A DNA stretch of 63,948 bases, the filler included, from Sandaracinaceae bacterium (GTDB taxonomy: Bacteria; Myxococcota_A; Polyangia; Polyangiales; JADJQN01), in the NCBI GenBank assembly GCA_947483975.1. It is 7 parts of 7 records of this genome, joined end to end, with 100 filler letters (N's around TTAATTAATTAA, not from the genome) between each part and the next. Parts side by side here need not be neighbours in the genome. Positions count along the whole stretch, not along the records: positions 28,929 to 38,401 come from CANKOL010000203.1; positions 38,502 to 47,973 come from CANKOL010000204.1; 5 more parts are not named here. One strand, given 5' to 3'. Below are positions 30,883 through 39,159 of the stretch, one piece after another. A program made the position numbers and the translations under genes. Numbering within the stretch: the stretch's first letter is position 1; each line of letters opens with the position of its first letter. The notes under the pieces are model-generated. The model made no database searches. It had not been told where the DNA came from and saw nothing but the letters and a program-made list of their open reading frames with translations.

Positions 30883-32421
30883 ATGGCGGCACGAGCCTTG
30901 CGAACTACGTCGACCTTGCCCAACGATCCGCAGTCTCTGGCCCCTCCTGTCAGCCCGCGCCTCCGCATCGCGCTTCGCCCGCCGCACACGCCCGTCGCAG
31001 CGGCGTTCACCCGCGCGCCTCGCGCAGACGCGCCTGTGGTGTGCGTCGTCGGCGGCGGCTTCTCGGGCGTGGTCGTCGCCGCGCAGCTGCTGCGTCAGGC
31101 GAGCGAAGCGCAGACGCCGCTGCACGTCGTCGTCGTCGATCCACACGCGGCGTTCGGTGAGGGCCTCGCGTACCGCACGGCCGACGCGCGCCACCTGCTC
31201 AACGTGCCCGCCTCGAACATGAGCGCCTGGCCGGACCGGCCGGGAGACTTTCGCGAGTGGGCCAAGGCGCGCGGCCTCGGCGACGACGCCGCGGCGTTTC
31301 TCCCCCGGCGCGCCTATGGCGAGTACGTGCGGCACACCCTCGCCGCGACCGCGGACGCCGCCTTCGACGGGGCGAGCCTCGAGCTGCTGCGCGCGGAGGC
31401 GACCGAGGTCACGCGCGGCGACGCGGGCTGGTCGACGCACACCACGGTCGGGCGAGTGCTCGACGCGAGCGCGGTCGTGCTGGCGACGGGCCATCGCCCG
31501 CCCGACGACGCGCTCGGTGGCCGCTGGGTCGGTCCGCGCGCGAGGTACGTCGAGGATCCGTGGGCGTCCCTCGCGCTGTCGGGGATCGGGCCCGAGGATG
31601 CCGTCGTGCTCCTCGGCAGCGGGCTGACCGCGGTCGACGTGCTGCTGACGCTCACCGGCACGCCGCGCACGGGGCCGGTGCTCGCGGTCTCCCGGCGCGG
31701 GCTCGCCCCGACGATGCACGCGGCCCAGCGCGCGGAGCCGCTCTCCCCCTCGGCCTGGCTCGAGCCGCTGCTCGCGTCCGAGGGCGGGCCGACGACGCTC
31801 GACCTCGTCCGCGCGCTCCGCTCGGCGGTCGAGCGCGCCGACGGCGCGGGGCAGGACTGGCGCGCCGTGATCGATGGCCTGCGCGCTGACACCGCGCGCA
31901 CCTGGCGCGCCCTCTCGACCGTCGAGGCCAAGCGCTTCCTGCGTCACGCGCGCGCGTTCTGGGAGGTGCGCCGGCATCGGATGTCGCCGGGCGTGGGGAC
32001 GCTCGTCGATGAGCTCACGGCGCGCGGCACGTTCCGCACGATGGCGGCGCGCGTCGTCGCGGCCCGCGCGGACGCGGAGGGCGTCGCGCTCGAGGTGCGC
32101 GCGCGAGGTGCCGAGACGAGCGAGACGCTCCGCGCGGCGTGGGTCGTCAACTGCACCGGACCAGGCACGGGTCGGCCCGATCCGATCGTCGCGTCCCTGC
32201 TCGAGCGCGGTCTGCTCGAGGCGGACTCGCTCGGCCTCGGCGTCCTGACGGACGACGACGGGCGCGCCCGCGTGCGCGGCGCGACGCGCTCGGATCTCGT
32301 GGTCGTCGGGACCTTGCGCAAGCCGCAAGCGTGGGAGTCGACCGCCGTCCCGGAGCTGCGCGTGCAGGCGCGCGACGCGGCGCGCGCGGTGCTCGAAGGG
32401 CTCGCCGCCCCGCGAGGCTGA
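30883..32421 (+). CDS. FAD/NAD(P)-binding protein (YdhS-like)
   Basis: VGGGFSG, GLAY...HLLNVPA.NMS, GSGLTAVD, VNCTGP, ESTAVPELR.QA. Start codon uncertain. Confidence 0.9.
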   Translation: MAARALRTTSTLPNDPQSLAPPVSPRLRIALRPPHTPVAAAFTRAPRADAPVVCVVGGGFSGVVVAAQLLRQASEAQTPLHVVVVDPHAAFGEGLAYRTADARHLLNVPASNMSAWPDRPGDFREWAKARGLGDDAAAFLPRRAYGEYVRHTLAATADAAFDGASLELLRAEATEVTRGDAGWSTHTTVGRVLDASAVVLATGHRPPDDALGGRWVGPRARYVEDPWASLALSGIGPEDAVVLLGSGLTAVDVLLTLTGTPRTGPVLAVSRRGLAPTMHAAQRAEPLSPSAWLEPLLASEGGPTTLDLVRALRSAVERADGAGQDWRAVIDGLRADTARTWRALSTVEAKRFLRHARAFWEVRRHRMSPGVGTLVDELTARGTFRTMAARVVAARADAEGVALEVRARGAETSETLRAAWVVNCTGPGTGRPDPIVASLLERGLLEADSLGLGVLTDDDGRARVRGATRSDLVVVGTLRKPQAWESTAVPELRVQARDAARAVLEGLAAPRG

Positions 32422-32427
32422 CGGCCC

Positions 32428-33837
32428 TCAGAGCGGCGGCACGGTCGGCCTGCGCGGCGTCTTGGCCATGCGGCGCGCCATCACGAACGCCATCTCGAGC
32501 GCCTGCCGGTAGTTGAGGCGCGGGTCGCAGAGGCTCTCGTAGCGCGTGTCGAGATCGGCCTCCGTCAGCCCGCCGCCGACGCACTCGGTGACGTCCTCGC
32601 CGGTCAGCTCGAAGTGCACGCCGCCGAGGTGCGAGCCGAGCGCCTCGTGCGCGTCGAAGCTCGCCTCGAGCTCGCGCACGATGTCGGCGAAGTCGCGCGT
32701 TTTTCGGCCTGAAGCGGTCGTGCGCGTGTTGCCGTGCATCGGATCGCTCAGCCAGAGCACGGTGCGCCCGGCGGCGCGCACCGCCTCGACGAGCGGCGGC
32801 AGCGCGTCGGCGACGCGCTCTGCGCCGAGGCGCGCGATCAGCACGAGCTTCCCCCGCTCGTCCTTCGGGTTGAGCGTCTCGATGAGGCGCACGACCTCGT
32901 CCGGGCGCGCGCTCGGGCCGACCTTCACGCCGATGGGGTTGCGGAGGCCGCGGAAGAACTCGAGGTGCGCGCCGTCGAGCCCGCGCGTGCGCTCGCCGAT
33001 CCACGGCAGATGCGTCGAGAGGTCGTAGAAGCCTTCGCGCCGCGGCACCGAGCGCGTCTGCGCCGACTCGTAGTGCAGGTTCAGCCCCTCGTGCGAGGTG
33101 TAGAGCTCGACGCGCGTGAGCTCATCGACCGTCGTCTCGCCGATCGCCTCCATGAAGCGGAGCGCGTCCGAGAGGGACGTGCTCGTGCGCGAGTACTCGG
33201 CGCGCAGCTCCTCGCTCATGTCGTGCCGCCCGAGGAACGAGAGGTCCCAATACTCCGGGTGATGCAGGTCCGCGAAGCCGCCCGCCGTCAGCGCGCGGAC
33301 GAAGTTGAGCGTCATCGCGGCGTGCTGATAGCAAGCGAGCATCTGCGCGGGATCGTGCGCGCGCGCCGCAGCGGTAAACTCTGGGCGATTGACGAGATCG
33401 CCGAGGTACTGCGGCAGCTCGACGCCGTCCCGCGTCTCCGTCGGCGAGGAGCGCGGCTTCGCGTACTGCCCCGCGAGGCGCCCGATGCGGAGCACGGGCT
33501 GCTTGCTGCCCTGCACGAGCACGAGCGACATCTGCAGCAGGATCTTCAGCTGGTCGGTGATGACCTGCGGGCGGCAGTCGGCGAGCGTCTCCGCGCACGC
33601 GCCGCCTTGGAGCACGAAGCGCCTGCCGAGCTGCGCCTCGGCCAACTTTTGCTTGAGGCGCTCGATCTCCCACGAGGTGACCAGCGGCGGCAGCCCGCGC
33701 AGCGCCTGCACCGTGCGCTCGACGGCGGCGGCGTCCGGATAGCTCGGCTGATGCAGCGCGGGGAGCGCGCGCCACGAGTCGGGGGACCACGGAGCGGGCA
33801 CGGAGAGGGGCGCAGAAGGCGGAGCGGCGGGGGGCAC
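32428..33837 (-). CDS. Class II DAHP synthase
   Basis: LQGG.CAE, GRLAGQYAKPRS, TSHEGL, WIGERTR, NPIGVKVGP, DPMHGNT, CDPRLN. Confidence 0.96.
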   Translation of the reverse strand: MPPAAPPSAPLSVPAPWSPDSWRALPALHQPSYPDAAAVERTVQALRGLPPLVTSWEIERLKQKLAEAQLGRRFVLQGGACAETLADCRPQVITDQLKILLQMSLVLVQGSKQPVLRIGRLAGQYAKPRSSPTETRDGVELPQYLGDLVNRPEFTAAARAHDPAQMLACYQHAAMTLNFVRALTAGGFADLHHPEYWDLSFLGRHDMSEELRAEYSRTSTSLSDALRFMEAIGETTVDELTRVELYTSHEGLNLHYESAQTRSVPRREGFYDLSTHLPWIGERTRGLDGAHLEFFRGLRNPIGVKVGPSARPDEVVRLIETLNPKDERGKLVLIARLGAERVADALPPLVEAVRAAGRTVLWLSDPMHGNTRTTASGRKTRDFADIVRELEASFDAHEALGSHLGGVHFELTGEDVTECVGGGLTEADLDTRYESLCDPRLNYRQALEMAFVMARRMAKTPRRPTVPPL

Positions 33838-33914
33838 GGCGGCCCGACTATTTCACCATTCCGCGCGGCGCGCCCGCGCAGCGCTGCCGCTGAGCGAGCC
33901 TCGACAGCCCGTGT

Positions 33915-34192
33915 GTGTACGTCGAGGCGACGCACATGGCCGGCCATCCAGACGTGACCGTCGTGTGCGGTCCGCCGAAGCGCATGCCGGACGGACGCCC
34001 CCTGCTGAATCCGTCGCTGCTCGTCGAGGTGCTCTCACCGACGAGCGCCGCGTCGAGCACCACCGGCGAATCGAGCCCGGCCAATGGCTCATGCGCGAGT
34101 ACGCAGAGGACGACGCGCAGATCGAGCTACCGGTGCTCGCCGCGTCCATCGTGCTCGGTGATCTCTACGACCGCGCGGACGAGCTGGAGTAG
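33915..34192 (+). pseudogene. Uma2-family endonuclease remnant
   Basis: HPDVTVVCGP...NPSLLVEVLSPTS, then an internal deletion or frameshift to RRVEHHRR...WLMREY...IELPVL...LGDLYD. Confidence 0.75.
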
Positions 34193-34320
34193 TCGCGGCG
34201 CGACGTGAGGGGGCGCCCGGCGCGGCAGAGAGCACCTTCTTGCGCTCCGGATACCTGGGGCATCGGCGCGTCCCCCCGCGTGGAAGCCGCAGTCCCGCAG
34301 CCGCTCGCCGACCTCCGCGC

Positions 34321-34965
34321 TCAGCCGCCGAGCTGCACGGCCTTGCCTACCCAGTCGTCCGAGTCAGCGGCGGTGACCAGGAAGTCCGCCACGTCTGCCC
34401 GGGAGATGGAGCCGGGGACGGGGGCGAGTTCCGCCCGCTTGACGTAGCGGCCGCGCGCCGGCCCAGGCGTGAGGCGACCGGGACGCGCGATGACCCACTC
34501 CAGGCCGGACGCCCGCGTCAGAGCCTCCTGCCGCCCGTGATCCTGGGTCGGGAGTTTGAGGAGGCGGTCCAACAGCAGGGTCCGGATGAACCAGCCCCGC
34601 AGCACGCGGCTGTCGCCTGTCCCGAGCGAGCTGAGCACGACCAACCGCGGCACCCCGTGGCGCTTCATCGCCTCGACCACGAGCGCGGTGCCCGCCGAGA
34701 AGTAGTTCGGGTTCTCCTTGAACCCCGCGAGCGACGACGGCGCCGCGGTGATAATCACGGCGTCGTGCCCCACCACGGCGGCATCCACGGCAGCGGCATC
34801 GTGAAAGCTCCCCGCTCGCCTCGTGAGCGACGCATGCTCGAGCGCGAGCTTCTGGGGGCTGCGCGAAAACGCGGTGACCTGGTGGCCGCGCGCCAGGGCG
34901 GCCGAGACGGTGAGCGCACCGGTGCCCTGCGAGGCACCGACCACGAGCAGGCGGAGAGAGGGCAT
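34321..34965 (-). CDS. NAD(P)H-binding atypical SDR (flavin reductase/BVR-B-like)
   Basis: VVGASQGTG, SGLEWVIARPGRLT, ISRADVADFL. Confidence 0.9.
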   Translation of the reverse strand: MPSLRLLVVGASQGTGALTVSAALARGHQVTAFSRSPQKLALEHASLTRRAGSFHDAAAVDAAVVGHDAVIITAAPSSLAGFKENPNYFSAGTALVVEAMKRHGVPRLVVLSSLGTGDSRVLRGWFIRTLLLDRLLKLPTQDHGRQEALTRASGLEWVIARPGRLTPGPARGRYVKRAELAPVPGSISRADVADFLVTAADSDDWVGKAVQLGG

Positions 34966-35088
34966 GTGTCGTCCTGGGGAGGCGTTAGGATGGGATGGCC
35001 CTGCGCAAGCCGGACTCTCCGCTATCGCGGGTACCGAAGCGAGTTGGGGCTGTCGAGCGGTTCGGGTGATGGCGAGAGCCGCCAGCCT

Positions 35089-35950
35089 GGCGCGTAGTCC
35101 ATCCGAGCGCCCGACGCATCGCTTTTCCGTGTGGAATTCGCCGCTCCGTGCACCGCTGAACCCTACGCGACGGCACCCCGCAGCACAATCTTGGCGTCGA
35201 GGCGAGTCCCCCGGACGGTCTTCGGCGAAGCGGGAATCCCCACTTTCCACTGATGTTCACGCGCCGCACGCACGTCTCCCTGGCCGCGCTCTGCGCAGCC
35301 GCTCAACCCACCGAGGTCACGCGAGGCGGCCTCACCCGAACGCGAGCCGCTGCTGCCCGTGCACGAGGGCCGATGACTCGGCGCGAGGCGGCGCGCTCGG
35401 CGGCGCTCTCGCGTAGCCGAGGTCGCCGAGCGCGCGGCTGATGTCGTCGCGCTTCGTGGCGATCTCTACAAGGCGCAGTCGGCCGCCGCACCTCTCGCAG
35501 TTCAAGACGTCCACGGTGCTCCTCACCACCGCCTCCAGTAGCGGAGGTCGGGTGACGAGCGCAGTACCCGCGCGCTCGACGAGCGACGCCCGCGCATCAC
35601 GCTTGATCGTCACCGCGTAGAAGCTCGCGAGTGGATGCGCCACGGGCGGCGAGCACGTCACCCGACCGGCGCGGTCACCAGGGACTCCCGCACACGTACA
35701 CCGCGCCATCTGACCGCCGCTGCCTCGCGACGATGTGCTCGACCGCGCCGTTGGCCTGCCGCTGCCTCGCGCACGAAGTCCTCCACCACACTGTTTGCCT
35801 CCAACTCACCCGGCGGGAACGCGCGCACCGTCGCGTTTGCCTGCCGAGGCCTCGCGGGTGGTGCGTCACACCGTGCGGAGGCTGCGCGGGCCATTTCGCT
35901 CGCTGACGCGGCGCCTTCGCCGATGCCTCCGGGAGTGCCCGACACGATGC
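35089..35950 (-). mobile_element. Degraded IS91/ISCR-like element: transposase C-terminal remnant plus oriIS-like end
   Basis: 35332-35530 encodes VDVLNCERCGGRLRLV...ISRALGDLG...PP.APPRA...QQRLAF, the usual C-terminus of these transposases. The downstream end at 35089-35159 recurs at 38331-38401. Right boundary approximate. Confidence 0.65.
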
Positions 35951-36212
35951 TGCGCACCACCCCGGAGGCAGCCGCGGTCACTCGCCGAGGTCGCGGGCAT
36001 CGTCGGTGGGCCGGTCGCCGTCACGCCCGTGCGATGCCGGCAGCCACCCGACAGGCAATGCCAGGCACTCGGTGCCGGTCGCGGCCTTCGTCGCGAGGCT
36101 GCCGCTGGCAAACGCGAAGGTCGCGGCCTTCGTCGCGAGGCTGCCGCGGGCAAGTTCGACGGTCGGCGCCATCGTCAACCTCTCGAGCGACTCACTCCGA
36201 CGCGACAGCCGC

Positions 36213-36425
36213 TCAGAGCCCGCACGCCTGACGCAGGTACGCGAGCACTCCGGAGCACACGCGCTCGCAGAGGTCGAGCACCTCCTCGAAGCCCTCGGGG
36301 CCCGACGAGTAGGCATCGGGCACCTCCGCGCCCTCGGGCGCGCCGGCTTTGAAGCTGCGTAGCAGTTAGACCTTCGCGCGGTCGGCGTCGCTCGGCGCGA
36401 GGCGATGCACCGTGTCCTGCTCCGG
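36213..36425 (-). pseudogene. C-terminal remnant of a low-molecular-weight protein-tyrosine phosphatase
   Basis: HRLAPSDADRAKV*LLRSFKAGAPEGAEVPDAYSSGPEGFEEVLDLCER: in-frame stop, and the DPYY loop has decayed to DAYS. Confidence 0.75.
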
Positions 36426-36460
36426 TCGCCGGCGCGCCCTTCTGCGGCGGCTCGTGTGGA

Positions 36461-36799
36461 ATGGCTCCTGAACGGTGCCCGGATACACGCAGCCCCTTTG
36501 GCGGCTCGAGCCTGCAACTGCCATGCATCGGCGTGTCGGACGCGCGCGCCTTCGGGGTGTGCGTCTTCAACGGCGCCGACTGCGACCACATCTGGAGGAT
36601 GTTTGGGGCCGACGGCGTCGCCATGTACCTCGACACCTGCACTGCGGAGTACGGCGCACCGTGCGCGTGTATGCAGCTCACGGCGGGGCCCGATGCGCCG
36701 CTGTCGTACTTCGTCAACGCCGCGACCTGCGTCCGCTACCGTGCGGAGTATCCCGGCAGCGTGGAGTGCCTCGACGCTGCGCGCGCGCCCCTGCCATAG
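36461..36799 (+). CDS. Cys-rich hypothetical protein, probably a C-terminal fragment
   Basis: Nine Cys, protein-like composition, no signal peptide. Confidence 0.4.
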   Translation: MAPERCPDTRSPFGGSSLQLPCIGVSDARAFGVCVFNGADCDHIWRMFGADGVAMYLDTCTAEYGAPCACMQLTAGPDAPLSYFVNAATCVRYRAEYPGSVECLDAARAPLP

Positions 36800-37050
36800 G
36801 GCAACACACCGTCGGGGCGCTGCCGCGCCGCCGCTCGTCAGCGCCCCGCGCGCACCGGCGCCTCGGCCCAGAGCGCGCCGCGGAGGTCGCCGAGCGCGTA
36901 GCCCGTCGCGCGGTCCTGTGGATACCGATGTACGGAGGAGACTGCGGCGAGGAGGCGAGTGCGCATGGCGGGCTGGCGCGTAAGAGCCGCGCCGGCGAGC
37001 GGAGGGTTCGCGGCTTGGCGGGCGGGGCAGCCTCGAATAGGATGATCGGT

Positions 37051-37296
37051 ATGACCGAGCCCAAGGCCAAGGTGACGATGACCATCGATCAAGCGCTGCT
37101 CGATCGCGTCAAGGCGCTCGTCGGAGCAGGGAGCACGGCGAGCGTGTCGGCCTATGTCGAGCACGCGATCGGAGCTCAGCTCGCGGCCGAGGCGGCGCTC
37201 GACGCCGACCTCGCGGACGCGCTCTTGGCGACGGGAGGTCCCGCGACGCGCGCCGAGCGTGCCCACGCGCGCAAGCTGCTGCGCGGCGCGGCGTGA
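37051..37296 (+). CDS. Ribbon-helix-helix antitoxin
   Basis: KAKVTMTIDQALLDRVK...SVSAYVEHAI; GTGA overlap with the PIN gene. Confidence 0.85.
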   Translation: MTEPKAKVTMTIDQALLDRVKALVGAGSTASVSAYVEHAIGAQLAAEAALDADLADALLATGGPATRAERAHARKLLRGAA

Positions 37297-37670
37297 GAGG
37301 GGTCGTCTTCGACACGGGCGCGCTCATCGCCCTCGACCGCGGCGATCGGGCGGTGCTCGTGCTCGTCGCGGAGGCGCGCCTCGCGAATGCGCCGATCACG
37401 GTGCCGGCTGCGTGTGTCGCCCAAGCCTGGCGCGCGCCGTCTCGACAGGTGCGGCTCGGCAAGTTCTTACGCCTTCCGAACGTGCAAATCGTCGCGCTCG
37501 ATGATGGGGACGCGCGCCTCGTGGGGATGCTGCTCGCGCGCTCGCGCTCACGCGATGTCGTGGATGCGCACGTCGCCCTGTGCGGGCATCGGCGCGGGCA
37601 GGTCGTGCTGACGAGCGATCCGACCGGCCTTCGCGCGCTCGTCCCGCAGCTGGCGGTGCAGCGCGTCTGA
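37293..37670 (+). CDS. PIN-domain (VapC-like) toxin
   Basis: VVFDTGALIALDR, VAQAWR, DVVDAHV, VLTSDP. Confidence 0.9.
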   Translation: MRGVVFDTGALIALDRGDRAVLVLVAEARLANAPITVPAACVAQAWRAPSRQVRLGKFLRLPNVQIVALDDGDARLVGMLLARSRSRDVVDAHVALCGHRRGQVVLTSDPTGLRALVPQLAVQRV

Positions 37671-37844
37671 GGTGCGATCGCTGCGACGCGTACACCGGCT
37701 GCGGTGGCACATGGCGGGCTGGCGCGTAAGAGCCGCGCCGGCGGGCGGAGGGTTCGCGGCGATGGGGGAGGACGGCGCGAGGGACCAGCGGTGTCTCGGC
37801 GTCGTGCGCTTCGAGGGAGCCGCGGCGCGCTACGCTGCGCCTCG

Positions 37845-38339
37845 ATGTCCGACCCGACGGCGCTGCCCGATGATCGCGCTCGCGGCGCGCTCTGCTACCC
37901 GGTCGGCGCGCTCTTCGGGCCGGTGCCGATGGTGGTCGTGCTGCGCTTCGCGTCGAGCGCGTTCACGCGGCGCTGCGCGACGCAGGCGCTGCTCGGGTTC
38001 AGCGCGCTGCTCGCGTCGGGCGCGCTCGCGCTCTTCGTGATCGTCGGCGGCTTGCTCGCGCAGGGGCTGGTGTACGGGGCGGCGTCGCTCGCGGATGGGC
38101 CGGAGGCGCCGCCGCTCGTGCGCGCGGCGGGGCTCGTCGCGGGGCTGCTCGTCTGCGGGACGTACGCAGCGCAGCTCGGCGCGGCGCTGGTCTTCGCGCG
38201 GCGCGCGCTCCGCGGGGAGGTGACGCGGTTCCCGCTCGGCGGCGCGGCGCTCGATCGGGCCGCGCTCGCTCAGTGCACGGCGAGCGCGGCGCGGGAGCGG
38301 GCGACGAATTCGCCGTCGGGGGCGAGCGCGGGCGCGTAG
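37845..38339 (+). CDS. Membrane protein, DUF4870-like
   Basis: ALCY...PVPMVV...S.FTRR.A.QAL...ALRGE..RFPL with three hydrophobic segments. Confidence 0.65.
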   Translation: MSDPTALPDDRARGALCYPVGALFGPVPMVVVLRFASSAFTRRCATQALLGFSALLASGALALFVIVGGLLAQGLVYGAASLADGPEAPPLVRAAGLVAGLLVCGTYAAQLGAALVFARRALRGEVTRFPLGGAALDRAALAQCTASAARERATNSPSGASAGA

Positions 38340-38401
38340 TCCATCCGAACGCCCGACGCGTCGCTTCTCCATGTGGCAGTCCCCGCTCCATGCACCGCTG
38401 A
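38331..38401 (-). mobile_element. Second copy of the IS91-like oriIS end, at the contig end
   Basis: 63/71 identical to 35089-35159 by manual alignment. Confidence 0.7.
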
Positions 38402-38501
38402 NNNNNNNNNNNNNNNNNNNNNNNNNNNNNNNNNNNNNNNNNNNNTTAATTAATTAANNNNNNNNNNNNNNNNNNNNNNNNNNNNNNNNNNNNNNNNNNN
38501 N

Positions 38502-39159
38502 CGAGATCCTGCCGGGAGGCGCGCTCCTCGAGCTCGACGCGACGCGCAGCGCCGACGGCGCGGCGACGGGGCCCGGGCAGGTCGAGGTGCTCGTCGACGT
38601 CGCGGCGCGCGTGCTCGTCGACGGGCAGTCGCTCGGCGAGGGGCGGCGCGTGCTCGGCTCGCTCGGCTCCGGTACGCATCGGCTGCGCGTCGAGGCGCCT
38701 GGGCGGCTGCCGTACGAGTCCACGATCGCGGTGCAGCCCGACAACCGCACTCGCCTCGAGGTGACGCTCGGCGTCGACCCCGCGACGCTGACGGAGCTCG
38801 GCGCGTGGCCGACGGTCGCGCTCGTCGCGACGACGGCCGTCTTCACGCTCGGCCTCGTCGCGGGCGCGATCGGCGGCGGCATCAACACCCAATACAGCAC
38901 CGACCGTCAGAACTACGACCCGCAGTTCGCGTCGCAGGCCGACTACGACAAGCTGGCCGCGCAGCGCACGCAGATCCTCGCGCTCAACACGCTCGCTGAC
39001 GGGCTGTGGCTGACCGGCGCGGCGTTCGGTCTGACGACGCTCCTGCTCTATTGGATCGACGACGACGAGGCGGGCGGAGGCTCGACCGGCTCAGTCACGG
39101 TGGCCCCGCTCGCCGGCGTCGGGCTGCTCGGCGGCGCGCTCGCCTTGAGGTTCCCATGA
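38502..39159 (+). CDS. PEGA-domain protein, C-terminal part
   Basis: ARVLVDG...GTHRLRVEAPG..PYE, then a hydrophobic C-terminus typical of myxobacterial PEGA proteins. Confidence 0.8.

Larger units (their letters stand above)
36964..37760. repeat. 51-bp direct repeats (36964-37014 and 37710-37760) flanking the TA pair
   Basis: CATGGCGGGCTGGCGCGTAAGAGCCGCGCCGGCG(A/G)GCGGAGGGTTCGCGGC, 50/51 identical. Confidence 0.92.

Noticed and set aside
36964..38401. Integron cassette array
   Set aside because: The repeats lack attC R-box/L-box structure and no IntI gene is present.
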